Below, piece by piece: positions 8,174 through 17,964 of a stretch of 38,844 nt of DNA. The stretch's first letter is position 1. Each line of letters opens with the position of its first letter. Position numbers and translations under genes: made by a program. This stretch comes from a virus. Location of the stretch: IMG/VR virus record IMGVR_UViG_3300043958_000214. The stretch is one strand, 5' to 3'. The notes below the pieces were generated by a model. That model was given only the letters and a program-made list of their open reading frames with translations. It did no database searches and was not told where the DNA came from.

Positions 8174-10732
8174 ATGCAATCGATCGGGCTTGTTGAACTT
8201 GAGCACGTGGCGCGCCATCTGTCCGGGTGCGGATTCGAGGTCGTCGGCGGCGGCGAATTTCATGACGCCGGCATGGCGATCCACCAGCGTCTCCAATCCG
8301 GGCCCCTCCCCGTCATCGTCGCCGAGCGGGAGATTCCTGCTCCCGGCGCGCGCAGCTTTTACCGGCGTCTGGCTCGGGGCGGGGAAACCGCCATGGTTCG
8401 CCTCGACGGTGCGACGGGAGCACTCGAGGAATCCACCGGAATGCCCGTCATTGTGCCACCCGTCTCGATCGACGATCTGCTGGCGTCCGTCGGCCTGACC
8501 CCGATCGGCGGGGCAGAGGGGGCGGCTCGCCTGATGAGCGATGGCAGCATCGAAGCTTCCCCCCTCCACCCGGTCCCCGACCTGCCCGCCCACGACGCCC
8601 CCATTCCTCCGACACGGATGCCCTCCCAGGGTGCCCACCCCCAGCCCGACACGACCCCAGACGCAGCTCAGGCCACAGACACGGCCATTCCCGCGCCGTC
8701 ACCCACGTGGCCCTCACGCACGGCCCAACCACCCCAAGACCCGTGGGACGCACGCCAGACGACTCCAGTCCCAGCCCAGGCTTGGCCCGCCGACGACACC
8801 CGCGCGACACCTCAGCGCCCACAGGATCCGCCGGCATGGGCTTCCCCCGCTCCCGCTTCCCACAGTAGACGGGATACTGAGCCCCCGGCGTCATCACCGG
8901 ACGTCGCCCGAGAGGCGCCGCCAACACCGTCATGGGACAACGCCCCATCCTCTCCCACCCCCGCCCCAGCGGCCCCGGCCTCCCGCCCGCAGGCAAGCCC
9001 GTGGGAAGTGTCCCAGGCGCCGCTACCCCAGCCTCCGACGTGGGCGCAGATCCAGCATCCGCAACCCCCATCGACCCCGGTTGCCCGCCCCGCCCCCGCC
9101 TGGGTCCCCACGCAGGCCGACCCGCATCAAGACGTCGCCGCCTGGCAGGAGCCGGCGCGCGCGGACCGCTCGACCCCGGGGAAGGGTCTCGCCCCGGTCC
9201 TCTTCGTCATCGCAGGCAAGGGAGGCGTCGGCAAGTCGCAGCCCCTCGACGCCCCCATCCCCGTCCCCGTCTGCGAGCGCTTCCCCGACGGCTGGGCGAG
9301 GATGGGGACCCTCGACCTCGGCGACCTCGTGTACACACCCGCCGGAAAGACGGCCCGCATCGACTTCTTCTCCCCCATCGAGGAACGCACGGTCTTCGAG
9401 GTCCTCACCGATGACGGGCAGCGTGTGCGCGCCTCCGACCACCACCTGTGGGAGATCGTCACCGCAGGTGGCGAACTCCGCATCGTGGAGACGACCGGCC
9501 TGAAGCCTGGGATGGGGATCCGACTCGCCCTGCCGATCCCTGGGGAAAGCGACGGGGACGACATCGCCTGGAGGCCCGGCATGGCGATCCCACCCGCGAT
9601 CCTTCGGGCCTCCATCTCGCGTCGCCGCCAGACCTGGCGCGACCTCATCGAGTCGACTCACGCGAGAGTCGTCGAGGAGCCACCCTCCCTCAAGCTCGCC
9701 TTGCGTCTCAGCCCCGACGTCGCAGACTCCGCCATCGAGCTGTCCCGCTCGCTCGGCTTCCACACCACGCGGACACGCGACGGCATGGTCGTACGCCCCG
9801 ACGCCCGCGTCCTGACCGTCAGACAGGTCCGCAACATCGGCACGCAACAGGTGCGCTGCCTACGCGTGGACGACCCGGCCCACATGTACCTCACGGCCGG
9901 CTTCGTCCCCACCCACAACACCACCGTCTCCCGTCACATCGCCGAACACGCCTCGACCCAAGGAATCCACTCGGTCCTCGTCGACGGCAACGCGGGGCAG
10001 GGCGACCAACGCACCTTCCTGCGCCTGACCGGCTCCTCCCTCCCCAGCGTGTTCGACGTCGGGGCCGGAACCGTCCAACCCGAGGAAGCCATCCTCTTCC
10101 CCGGCACCGTCAACGCGGCCCGGCCCCGCCTCCTCTCCCCCATCCACTTCGCGCTCGTCCTCGCCCCACCCCTGGCGGACAACGACCGCGGAATCGTCAC
10201 CCCCCAGGTCTACCGAAAAGTCATCGAGCAGGCCCGCGCCACCACGGGCGTGGGCCTAGTCGTCGTGGACACGCAGATCACCGAGGCCTCCGACGTCAAA
10301 GATCCCAACCAAGTCGCAGGCGGACTCGTCGTCCCCATGATGCGTGAAGACAACGCGTGGGCCCTGGGAACCACGGAGTGGTCCGACATCAGCGTGAAAA
10401 ACCTGCTCCTCGTCATCGACCAGATGCTGCGTTCAGGCTGCCCGCGCGAACGCATCCTCACCGCCGTCACCAAACTCGACGCCGACCGACGCCTCTCCGC
10501 CAAAGAAGTGAGCGTCCTAGGCGAGGACGCTCACTTCGTCGGCGTCAGCCAGTTCGCACCCGACCTGTTCGGACGCGCCAGCGCCGGATACATCGACGTC
10601 GCCAACCCCGCGCTCAGCGTCATCACAGAACGCGTCATCAAGGAGGTCACAGGCAAGGACGTCGGGATGCCCGAACACGACCAACCACACCGCACCCACT
10701 GGTGGAACCGCGCCTTCGGAGGGCGGAAATGA
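8174..10732 (+). CDS. ParA/MinD-family ATPase with Pro-rich linker, interrupted by an intein
   Basis: Deviant Walker A AGKGGVGK|TT split by the intein; VLVDGNAGQGD; VVVDT. Confidence 0.8.
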   Translation: MQSIGLVELEHVARHLSGCGFEVVGGGEFHDAGMAIHQRLQSGPLPVIVAEREIPAPGARSFYRRLARGGETAMVRLDGATGALEESTGMPVIVPPVSIDDLLASVGLTPIGGAEGAARLMSDGSIEASPLHPVPDLPAHDAPIPPTRMPSQGAHPQPDTTPDAAQATDTAIPAPSPTWPSRTAQPPQDPWDARQTTPVPAQAWPADDTRATPQRPQDPPAWASPAPASHSRRDTEPPASSPDVAREAPPTPSWDNAPSSPTPAPAAPASRPQASPWEVSQAPLPQPPTWAQIQHPQPPSTPVARPAPAWVPTQADPHQDVAAWQEPARADRSTPGKGLAPVLFVIAGKGGVGKSQPLDAPIPVPVCERFPDGWARMGTLDLGDLVYTPAGKTARIDFFSPIEERTVFEVLTDDGQRVRASDHHLWEIVTAGGELRIVETTGLKPGMGIRLALPIPGESDGDDIAWRPGMAIPPAILRASISRRRQTWRDLIESTHARVVEEPPSLKLALRLSPDVADSAIELSRSLGFHTTRTRDGMVVRPDARVLTVRQVRNIGTQQVRCLRVDDPAHMYLTAGFVPTHNTTVSRHIAEHASTQGIHSVLVDGNAGQGDQRTFLRLTGSSLPSVFDVGAGTVQPEEAILFPGTVNAARPRLLSPIHFALVLAPPLADNDRGIVTPQVYRKVIEQARATTGVGLVVVDTQITEASDVKDPNQVAGGLVVPMMREDNAWALGTTEWSDISVKNLLLVIDQMLRSGCPRERILTAVTKLDADRRLSAKEVSVLGEDAHFVGVSQFAPDLFGRASAGYIDVANPALSVITERVIKEVTGKDVGMPEHDQPHRTHWWNRAFGGRK
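9236..9919 (+). mobile_element. Intein (228 aa) with class 3 WCT signature and degenerate homing endonuclease remnant
   Basis: Begins SQPLDAPIP...GWARMGTLDLGDLVY; block B ASDHHLW; block F/G VRCLRVDDPAHMYLTAGFVPTHN followed by +1 Thr. Confidence 0.9.
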
Positions 10733-11763
10733 CACTCACCCTGGTCCAAACCCACGAAAACGGACCCCGCCACCCATGGCTGGACACCTTCTGCACCCAC
10801 CTGCAAAACCTCCTCATCGCCCGCAGCGTCCCCAACCTCACAGAACTCCCCCACGAACTCATCGGCATCGCCATCCTTCCAATGTGGGTCTTCCTAGAAC
10901 CGACAATCAACGTGGGACGCAAAGCCGCCAACGGCCTCATCCCCGCCAGACTCGAATGGAGGGACGCCGGAGCACGATCATGGAGCGACCCCCTCGTCCT
11001 CGCCGACGTCTCCTACGGATCCGACCGAGTCCTCGAATGGCGGGCGACCGGGCTCGGCTACGGCACATCAATCCCGGAAGTGCCCACGGGACGCACCACC
11101 ATTGAGTGCACAGACACCACCTCCCAGTCCGGATGGGACATCGAAGCCGGAGTATGGCTCCCCACAAAGGTCACCATCTCAGCCAAGTCGCCCATGAACA
11201 CACAAGACGAACTGCGCGAACTACGCGCCCACGGCGAAGAAAGCCGCTGGGCAATCACCGACATGCTGCAACGGCCAGCCGAACGAGCAGTCGAAAAAGC
11301 CTGCAACCGCGTGTCATGGGAGGTCTCAGGCTTCGACCACATCCATCCCGTCATCGACGAGGAAGGACGCACCCAAGCCGTCAACGAACTCCTCTACGGA
11401 CGCGAAGGCACCCCCACCTCACACGTCATCCGACTCATCGACCGATGCCTCCTCCCCTCGACATTCTTGCGAGTCGAACCCCACCACTACGTACGCGAAT
11501 CGCTCAGACGCGATGCGACCGGCATCGTCCGCCACATGATCGGCGACCCCCACATCGGCCCCAAAGTCCGCAGAGTCCTCCGAGAAGACTCCCCCACCGA
11601 CCTCGACGAACTCATCCGCATCTACCGCGAGCGCTACCCGAACGACCAACTGTCCACGGAGAGGGCGGCGAAGGCGATCACCGCGGGCCATGACGTAATG
11701 AGCACCCACCTGCCCACCGATCCGACAGGAGAGCGGCTTCTCTTGCCAAAGGAGGAAAGATGA
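10729..11763 (+). CDS. Hypothetical protein
   Basis: ATGA overlap with the ATPase stop; GGAGG RBS. Confidence 0.75.
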   Translation: MTLTLVQTHENGPRHPWLDTFCTHLQNLLIARSVPNLTELPHELIGIAILPMWVFLEPTINVGRKAANGLIPARLEWRDAGARSWSDPLVLADVSYGSDRVLEWRATGLGYGTSIPEVPTGRTTIECTDTTSQSGWDIEAGVWLPTKVTISAKSPMNTQDELRELRAHGEESRWAITDMLQRPAERAVEKACNRVSWEVSGFDHIHPVIDEEGRTQAVNELLYGREGTPTSHVIRLIDRCLLPSTFLRVEPHHYVRESLRRDATGIVRHMIGDPHIGPKVRRVLREDSPTDLDELIRIYRERYPNDQLSTERAAKAITAGHDVMSTHLPTDPTGERLLLPKEER

Positions 11764-12143
11764 GTAGTACACGTATCCGAAACGCTCAGATGAGGGCCAG
11801 ATGGCTCTTGGCGCTCGCGGAGGAGCCCGCCCAGCTCTCGGAGCTGTTGGAGGCGGCGGGAACGCAGGTGGGCTCTCCCTTACGATTCATCACGTTGGAG
11901 GAGCTCATCGCCACGGCGCGACGGTGCTCCCTCTCGAAGGCACGCGAGGTGGTGCGCCGCATCGTGTCCACGTGCGTGGGCGGATCTGGGGGAGGTGTGA
12001 GACCCGACGTGCGATGGCTGTTGGACTACCGGGCGGGCGGGCGGCGGTTGGCGGCCTTCGCGGACGCCATGACCCCCCTTCGCGAGGGGCCTCCGTGGGA
12101 GGGGTTTCCGTGGACCGTGGTTCCGGAGGGGGACGTGCGATGA
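11760..12143 (+). CDS. Small DNA-binding protein, possibly mIHF/H2TH-like
   Basis: Translationally coupled; LSELLEAAG...LEELIATARRCSLSKAREVV resembles the actinobacterial IHF pattern (by eye only). Confidence 0.45.
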   Translation: MSSTRIRNAQMRARWLLALAEEPAQLSELLEAAGTQVGSPLRFITLEELIATARRCSLSKAREVVRRIVSTCVGGSGGGVRPDVRWLLDYRAGGRRLAAFADAMTPLREGPPWEGFPWTVVPEGDVR

Positions 12144-13078
12144 GTGTGGGAATGGGTTCTGCGGCACTGGATGAGTGGTATGAACTCGACGCCAATGGGC
12201 AGGTCCAGTTCATCCTGGCGCGGTGGGAGACGCCCGAGCGCCAAGAATGGGTGGACCGCTTCATCAGGGAGCATCTGTCGTTGATCCGCCGACGAGCACA
12301 GAGGGAAGCCCGCTACGCGGAACTGGCCGCGATGGATACGACGGATCTCGTTGACGAGTTGGTCCAGGAGTTTGTCGCCCTGATTCTCACGATGCTGGAG
12401 CAAGAACACGTTGACCCTGGTCCAACGCACGTGGAGAAGGGGACGAGACCGGGCCACGGGTATTCTCGAACGGGGAGTTCCTGGGAGTCGGTGTTCTCCC
12501 TCAAGGCTCATAACATCGCTCGGTCCTATATCGACGTGCGGGCGGGGAATAACCTGGCTGGATCCAACGGGGCGATCCGACGCAAACGGTTCCTGGCGAC
12601 GAGCCGCGACCAGCTGCGTGCGGAGCTGGGGCGGGAGCCGACGATCCCGGAGGTGAGGGAGCGCGCGAGTCAGCGCGCTTCCAAGAGGGCCGATGCGACG
12701 CGCCAGGGCATGGTTTTCACCTCAGATGGTCACTCGACGCGGTGCTTGAATCCCGTCACGTCGCATACCCCGGCCTCAGACATTCTCCAGGAGGTCGACG
12801 GAGGCATTGACGAGGGGTTCGCGTCCCTGGAGGCGAGAGAACTGGCGGACAGCGTCGTGGAGGAGGCGGCACGGCGATCCAGAGCGCTTGGCGAGATCGC
12901 CTTCACGTGGTTGTCCACCATCTTGTCGGGACGCGACGGCAATCCGATGGACTGGGTGGAGGTGGCACTCCGGATGGGGTTGAGCTCACGCCAGATGTCC
13001 TCGGCGCGCAAGCTGATCGGTGAGTGCCTGGAAAAGGTCACGGGCCATCCCGTCTCGGCGCGGGAAGGCCACTCATGA
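12140..13078 (+). CDS. Sigma-70-family RNA polymerase sigma factor-like protein
   Basis: Region 2-like IRRRAQREARY...DELVQE; region 3 LRAELGREPTIPEV; C-terminal HTH WVEVALRMGLSSRQMSSARKL. Confidence 0.7.
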   Translation: MSVGMGSAALDEWYELDANGQVQFILARWETPERQEWVDRFIREHLSLIRRRAQREARYAELAAMDTTDLVDELVQEFVALILTMLEQEHVDPGPTHVEKGTRPGHGYSRTGSSWESVFSLKAHNIARSYIDVRAGNNLAGSNGAIRRKRFLATSRDQLRAELGREPTIPEVRERASQRASKRADATRQGMVFTSDGHSTRCLNPVTSHTPASDILQEVDGGIDEGFASLEARELADSVVEEAARRSRALGEIAFTWLSTILSGRDGNPMDWVEVALRMGLSSRQMSSARKLIGECLEKVTGHPVSAREGHS

Positions 13079-13094
13079 TCCGCTGGGGCTCGGC

Positions 13095-13802
13095 TCAAGC
13101 CTCAGAGAGGACGCGAATAGACGAGGCGGCGTTGCCTTCCCCATCAACGCGGATCGACACCCAGTGGGACCCTGTGAGGCAGGCGACGTCGATTACTGCG
13201 CCGCCGTTGCGGGTCCACCAGGCATGGTCTTCCGGGTCGTAAGGGATCTTCGGGTCTTTGACGGTCTCACGGACCCGGTCGACCTCGTTGACCCAGGCTG
13301 CTGCCTGCACGTCGCTCAGTTGGGGGAAGTCGGGGACCCCCCGCCAGGAGCGAAGGGCTTCCTCTGCAGCCAAGCGGAGGTAGTCGACTGCCAGGGCGGC
13401 GGGCGCTTCAGCGACGGGGCGCCACGACGCACCGTCCGGCTCCTGGAGTTCCACGTGAATAGGGTCGGCGTCCACACCGGTTGGCACGACCTGCCAGCGA
13501 AGCCCCTCAGGGGCCTCGGGAAACAAGTCGGACAACGGCCGCTCATCGCCTGTCGGCGTGGACGTCCGGCCCTCCTCATGCGAACTGGCATCCGCCTCGC
13601 GGGCGAGCGTCTTCGCCACTCTCTCGATGGCCCCCGTGTCCAAGGGGGCGCCCTGGGAGCGCACCGCGCGCCAGGATGACCCGTCTGGCTCCTGGATCTC
13701 CACACGCAGCGGCGTCTCAGAGTTTGTGTCTGGGACGATCTGCCACCTGAGTCCATCGGGGAGCTTCGGCAAGGCTGGGAGGATATCCGATAGTTCTGTC
13801 AT
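13095..13802 (-). CDS. Hypothetical protein with tandem duplicated domain
   Basis: LPDGLRWQIVP...VEIQEPDGSSWR is repeated as APEGLRWQVVP...VELQEPDGASWR. Confidence 0.8.
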   Translation of the reverse strand: MTELSDILPALPKLPDGLRWQIVPDTNSETPLRVEIQEPDGSSWRAVRSQGAPLDTGAIERVAKTLAREADASSHEEGRTSTPTGDERPLSDLFPEAPEGLRWQVVPTGVDADPIHVELQEPDGASWRPVAEAPAALAVDYLRLAAEEALRSWRGVPDFPQLSDVQAAAWVNEVDRVRETVKDPKIPYDPEDHAWWTRNGGAVIDVACLTGSHWVSIRVDGEGNAASSIRVLSEA

Positions 13803-14038
13803 GCCTTGTGTGTGCCACCAGGGGCTGTTGAAGCGGACGGAGTCGGGATCTGGTCTCTCGGCGCCCCGTCTTGGATGGGAGCGAAGACTTCTTGGTGCTC
13901 GTGGCGTGCGCCGCTTACCGCGGCCACCGCTCCAACGGGTACAGCAGTCCTATCAGCGTGCGCCCGGAGAACATATTCCGCCTCCGCAGCCGGTTGTCGC
14001 CCAGCGCACGCCGGACCTCCTCGCGAGACATCCTCCTC

Positions 14039-14503
14039 TCACGCTCCAATCTGCATGAGCGGTTCGACGGACCCGATCTCGTAGGCCTTCTCTACTGCCG
14101 GGATGACCTCCTGCCCGACCGTTCTCCCGCCCGGCAAAACCGTGTAGGCGAGGAACTCCTGCTCGAAGGTGCCGATCCCGCTCTCGACCGCCTCGAGTTT
14201 CGCCTTGACGACCAAGGCGAGAGCACGCCACATGCGCCGGACCTCGGCGTTGTACTCGCCTTGGGCTGCGGACTTCGTGCGCTGACGGCCTGTCGGGGTG
14301 ACGTGGAAACGCCGCTCCTCGGGATCCGGGAGGGCAAGTTCGATGCGGATCTGGCGTCCGTGAGCGGCGAAGCCGACAATGGCTTGTTCGCGTGAAGACC
14401 CGTAGGCGAAACTGTCCGCCCCGAAGCGCTGCAGCGTACGCTCGATCTCCGCGCGGGACTTCTCCGGGGCGACGGACGTGCCGTCTGCGTAGGTTCCGGC
14501 CAT
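14039..14503 (-). CDS. Conserved phage-type hypothetical protein
   Basis: YADGTSVAPEKSRAEIERTLQRFGA...WRALALVVKAKLEAVESGIGTFEQEFL pattern, seen widely in phages. Confidence 0.8.
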   Translation of the reverse strand: MAGTYADGTSVAPEKSRAEIERTLQRFGADSFAYGSSREQAIVGFAAHGRQIRIELALPDPEERRFHVTPTGRQRTKSAAQGEYNAEVRRMWRALALVVKAKLEAVESGIGTFEQEFLAYTVLPGGRTVGQEVIPAVEKAYEIGSVEPLMQIGA

Positions 14504-15060
14504 CAGACCCTCCTCCAGCCGTTGCAGAGCAAGGCGTGTGCGATGTTCGAGTCGACGCACTCTCCGGCTTCGTCGTAGTTCGGCTCATAGTCGTCGATGA
14601 GCGCTTCGATGGTCCCCGCCAGGAGGGCCCGCTCGGCCTCACTGGCGGTCTCGCGGCGAGCGAGATACCCGGCGTCGGTGAGGGCCCGCACGATGGCCTG
14701 GGAGTCCGCCACGGTGGGATCGTCGAGTCCCCGGCGCTCCAGCTGATCGAACACGATGTCCTCGGCGGACGAGCCCGCCGGATAGGCGGCCTTGTCGGCA
14801 ATGCCGCCGATGAGGCCGGCGTCACGCAGTGCGGTCGCGATCTCCTCGACTTCCTCGGAGGTGAGCTCCCGCTCGGCGAGCTTCTCTCCGATGATGGTCT
14901 TCGTCCGCGTGAACAGATCCCGGTCGCGGTTCTTGTCCTCGAACACGCCCGCCTCGCGCAACGCGTCTGCGACCATCCGGGCGTCCCCCACGGCAGGGTC
15001 TTCGACCATGCCCGCCAGGGCGTCAAGAACGATTCCCGTCGCCTCGTCTGTTCTCACCAT
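14503..15060 (-). CDS. Hypothetical protein with internal A-L-x-[DE]-A-G repeats
   Basis: Coupled to neighbouring genes; GGAAGG RBS. Confidence 0.7.
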   Translation of the reverse strand: MVRTDEATGIVLDALAGMVEDPAVGDARMVADALREAGVFEDKNRDRDLFTRTKTIIGEKLAERELTSEEVEEIATALRDAGLIGGIADKAAYPAGSSAEDIVFDQLERRGLDDPTVADSQAIVRALTDAGYLARRETASEAERALLAGTIEALIDDYEPNYDEAGECVDSNIAHALLCNGWRRV

Positions 15061-15281
15061 GCGAGCCACGAGCCTTCCTTCTGGTATTGACGGACGAAGG
15101 AGTCCAGTGAGCATTCCCCGGAGCGCCTCGCACCCGGGACGTGTTCGCCAGCTTCCTTCCACGACACCCGGGACTGTGAGGAGCCGCGGGCGATGCTGCG
15201 GCTCGTGCGCACGACCTTCACGGTGACGTCCGGGTTCGACCGGCGCCGCCAGACCTCATTCTGAAGTGCCACTGTGTCCAC
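15054..15281 (-). CDS. Hypothetical protein
   Basis: GGAGAGG RBS; overlaps the next gene; promoter motif upstream. Confidence 0.6.
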   Translation of the reverse strand: MDTVALQNEVWRRRSNPDVTVKVVRTSRSIARGSSQSRVSWKEAGEHVPGARRSGECSLDSFVRQYQKEGSWLAW

Positions 15282-15531
15282 CTCTCCACCGAGGGAACTC
15301 TCGTCGCCCCCTCCTCACATGTTGTGAGGCAACCCGGGAGGTCATGCACCCCCGGCTAGTGGATCTCCACAACATCCTCGTCGGGTCCGCGGCGCGCTCA
15401 CCGTCGGGAACACAGCGGGGACCCAGGTGCCGGCAGACACACTGGGTCCGCCGACACGCCCAACCCACCGTGTCCGCAGGGTCGAGCGGCAGGCCGGACA
15501 TGTCGACAGGTCCGCAAGAACCGAGCGCACT

Positions 15532-15813
15532 CTAGATCTCCTCGCCGGTCTCCGGATCGAACTCGACGCTGTACCAGCCGTAGCCGCCCTCCCCGTCGCT
15601 CTCGTAGCGTTCGATCCCCGCGACGTCGGCGTAGTCGGGGATCTGGTGATGGTCGAAGGCGAACAGCATGGCGCCCGTAATGGAGTCGATGACCAGCTGG
15701 GCCTCTGCTGGGGATGCGACAGGCTGTGTGTACGCTTCGCTCCACATCTGGTGTATGTAGTAGACGCGAAGGTCTCCATCCTGCGGGGTGGTGGGCACAG
15801 AATCGTCGCTCAT
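15532..15813 (-). CDS. Phage P22 gp17-like protein (often annotated superinfection-exclusion related)
   Basis: LRVYYIHQ...VASPAEA...IPDYADVAGIE matches the family pattern LRVWHIPQ...V.S..E...PDY.NA.GL, recalled from memory. Confidence 0.6.
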   Translation of the reverse strand: MSDDSVPTTPQDGDLRVYYIHQMWSEAYTQPVASPAEAQLVIDSITGAMLFAFDHHQIPDYADVAGIERYESDGEGGYGWYSVEFDPETGEEI

Positions 15814-16007
15814 GAAGCCTTTCTTGGGACGGACCCTCCGCCTCCCTCGACATCAGTTGTGGAGTAACACTATGGTCTCACGCATCCCCGTGTGGCGTCC
15901 GTCGAGAGGACGGTGCGGGCAGGCCCCGTGAGGTCCGGGGCGCTCCGAGGCTGTCGAGTTCGCAGTGGACCCTGGACGTGGAGACTCCCAAACGTCGAGC
16001 CAGGTCG

Positions 16008-16226
16008 TTATTCGACTTGATCGTTTCGCTCGACGCCGCCGTTCGGGCACTCCTTCACCTGGTGGCGCAACGCCCAGACGAAGTCGTCAACGAGCCTCTT
16101 CGGGCACTGCTCGTCCTGCGACGGATAGTCGTCCCCGTGCCGATACGCCTGGGCGTACAGCACCTCTTCGAGGCAACCGGGGCACGTGACCCCCTCCTTG
16201 GTGGCGATTTCAACGAACGTTGACAT
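16008..16226 (-). CDS. Hypothetical protein with CxxC
   Basis: GAGGG RBS; overlaps the upstream gene. Confidence 0.55.
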   Translation of the reverse strand: MSTFVEIATKEGVTCPGCLEEVLYAQAYRHGDDYPSQDEQCPKRLVDDFVWALRHQVKECPNGGVERNDQVE

Positions 16227-16485
16227 ACAGGTCCCTCTTCCACTGCGGCGCGTGGGTCCGCGCTTCCCGGTGCCCCTTCGAGTGGAAGTGGCGAAACGAG
16301 CGCCACGACTCGACCACGTGCGAACTGCGGTAGTCCTGGTTGGACTCCCAACTGCACCACGGGCACTCGTGACTACCCAGGTAGCCCGGGCGTACAGCGG
16401 TGACGATCTCGCTGACAAGGAATACGAGGAGGGCGATGGCTGGCAGGGTGGCGAGCCCGAGGAGATATGCGTTCAGGTCGCTCAT
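16210..16485 (-). CDS. Membrane-anchored protein with possible Zn finger
   Basis: N-terminal hydrophobic helix; CPWC...H...H. Confidence 0.6.
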   Translation of the reverse strand: MSDLNAYLLGLATLPAIALLVFLVSEIVTAVRPGYLGSHECPWCSWESNQDYRSSHVVESWRSFRHFHSKGHREARTHAPQWKRDLYVNVR

Positions 16486-17243
16486 GTTTCGTCTCCCGCC
16501 TCGCCGGCTGTGCGCCGCATGTTCCGGAGCGCCTGCTGGACACCCAGGATCTCCACACCGACGGGGCACCCCTGATCATCGAGGTCCACGACGACCTGGT
16601 CTGCGAACACCTGCGTGTTGGCGACTTCGTTCGCCGTGAGGTGGATGTAGGCGGCGTCCGCCTCAAGATCGAGAACGAACAGTCTGTCGAAGATCGACTT
16701 CTCGTACTCGAGCCGGCTGACGCGATCGCGCAGTTCGGCGTTCTCGGTCGTGACGTGGCGCCATAGGACGCGGAACCTGTCCCCCAGGGCGTCGCCCGCG
16801 AGGTCCGCGTCACGCAGGCCGTGCATGGCGTCGAAGCCCCTGCGAACGGCTGCGAGAGCCGAGTCCAGGTAGTCCTTGTCGATGCTGGCGGCGTCGGGTC
16901 CGCCGGCCTGGCAGTCGCAGTCGTAGCCGTGCCTCTGGACTTCCTTCTGGAGGCTGTCGAGCCAGTACGCGGCAGTGTCGACCGGCCCGAAACCCCGCAA
17001 GACAGGCAGGTGCTTGATCAGCGGTCCGGACACGTAGCGCCACGTACCGGGGTCGACAGTCAGTGCGGACTCCGGACCCGGCTCTTGACTGTGGTCTCCG
17101 GGGGACACTTGGCGGGCGAGGACGAGTTCACGCCCGACGGCGGTGATATCGAACACCACCCCGTCGGCCTCATCGGTCACGCGGGTGATATGCGTCCCGA
17201 TGGTCCAGCCGTTGTCTGCGCAGGTCTGCGCGGGTGTCGTCAT
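16482..17243 (-). CDS. Hypothetical protein with C-terminal DUF2283-like domain
   Basis: EADAAYIHL...VVVDLDDQGCPVGVEIL; GAGGAGG RBS. Confidence 0.7.
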   Translation of the reverse strand: MTTPAQTCADNGWTIGTHITRVTDEADGVVFDITAVGRELVLARQVSPGDHSQEPGPESALTVDPGTWRYVSGPLIKHLPVLRGFGPVDTAAYWLDSLQKEVQRHGYDCDCQAGGPDAASIDKDYLDSALAAVRRGFDAMHGLRDADLAGDALGDRFRVLWRHVTTENAELRDRVSRLEYEKSIFDRLFVLDLEADAAYIHLTANEVANTQVFADQVVVDLDDQGCPVGVEILGVQQALRNMRRTAGEAGDET

Positions 17244-17402
17244 GGCGTCCCTCCTCGGTGACAGTGGCACTCTCAGTTGTGAGGCAACGCAGGCTCTCGT
17301 GCATGCCCCACCCACATGGTTCAGGTCGCCACCGGCAGCGCGGCAGGAGGAACCGCGAGGACGAGTGCGCGGGGATAGCACCAATCATCCCGAACATGCC
17401 GC

Positions 17403-17588
17403 TCAGTGTGGGCCATCACTCACGTCCTCCCAGTTAGTGACAATACGTTTTTGGAGTCGCACTCCGGGGCACTTCCCACAATCCCTCGCGGCCTCAAAGA
17501 TGAGCCTCGCCCAGTATTCGTTACCGGCTGAGTACTTCCGGTAGTTACCAGACGGGTAAAGCACTCGGTATTCCACGTGGTCTTTCAT
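17403..17588 (-). CDS. Hypothetical phage-type protein
   Basis: ATGA coupling; GGAGGA RBS. Confidence 0.6.
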   Translation of the reverse strand: MKDHVEYRVLYPSGNYRKYSAGNEYWARLIFEAARDCGKCPGVRLQKRIVTNWEDVSDGPH

Positions 17589-17881
17589 CCCGTGTCCTCC
17601 TGCCAGTCGGTGACGAGGCGGGTGCGGGCTGGCTCGTGTCCGTCGTCGTCAGGGCCGGATGGGTGCCCACACCACTCGGGTGCGTGCTCCTCGTGGAGTC
17701 CGAGTCCCTGGACGACGCGGCGGGCCTGGTGGGTCTGCATGGCGGCGGTCAGGTCGTAGTCGTGGATGCCGAGGTCGTCGCCGCAGGTGCAGATGAGGTG
17801 GCCTGTCTGGCGGTGGACGTGCTTGATCATGTGTCCGCTCATGATCTGCGCGACCTGCTCGACGATCTGGTCCTCACTCAT
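17585..17881 (-). CDS. Hypothetical phage-type protein
   Basis: GAGGAGG RBS; CxC...H motif. Confidence 0.65.
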   Translation of the reverse strand: MSEDQIVEQVAQIMSGHMIKHVHRQTGHLICTCGDDLGIHDYDLTAAMQTHQARRVVQGLGLHEEHAPEWCGHPSGPDDDGHEPARTRLVTDWQEDTG

Positions 17882-17964
17882 CGCGGCCACCTCCTCAGCT
17901 CAGTTCCTTGTATTCCTAGGCGCAGTCGCACCTGCTGGGGTGTTAGGGTCAGAAAGGCCCTCAT
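17878..17964 (-). CDS. 28-aa peptide, copy 1 (MRAFLTLTPQQVRLRLGIQGTELRRWPR)
   Basis: AAGGAGG RBS; ATGA coupling at both ends; paralogue at 18387-18473. Confidence 0.55.
   Translation of the reverse strand: MRAFLTLTPQQVRLRLGIQGTELRRWPR

Noticed and set aside
8560-9190. Pro/Ala-rich quasi-repeats as a DNA repeat array
   Set aside because: Low-complexity protein linker within the ATPase; no regular nucleotide period.
16482-16700. DUF2283-like domain as part of a toxin-antitoxin pair
   Set aside because: It is fused to a larger protein and no adjacent toxin-like gene was recognised.
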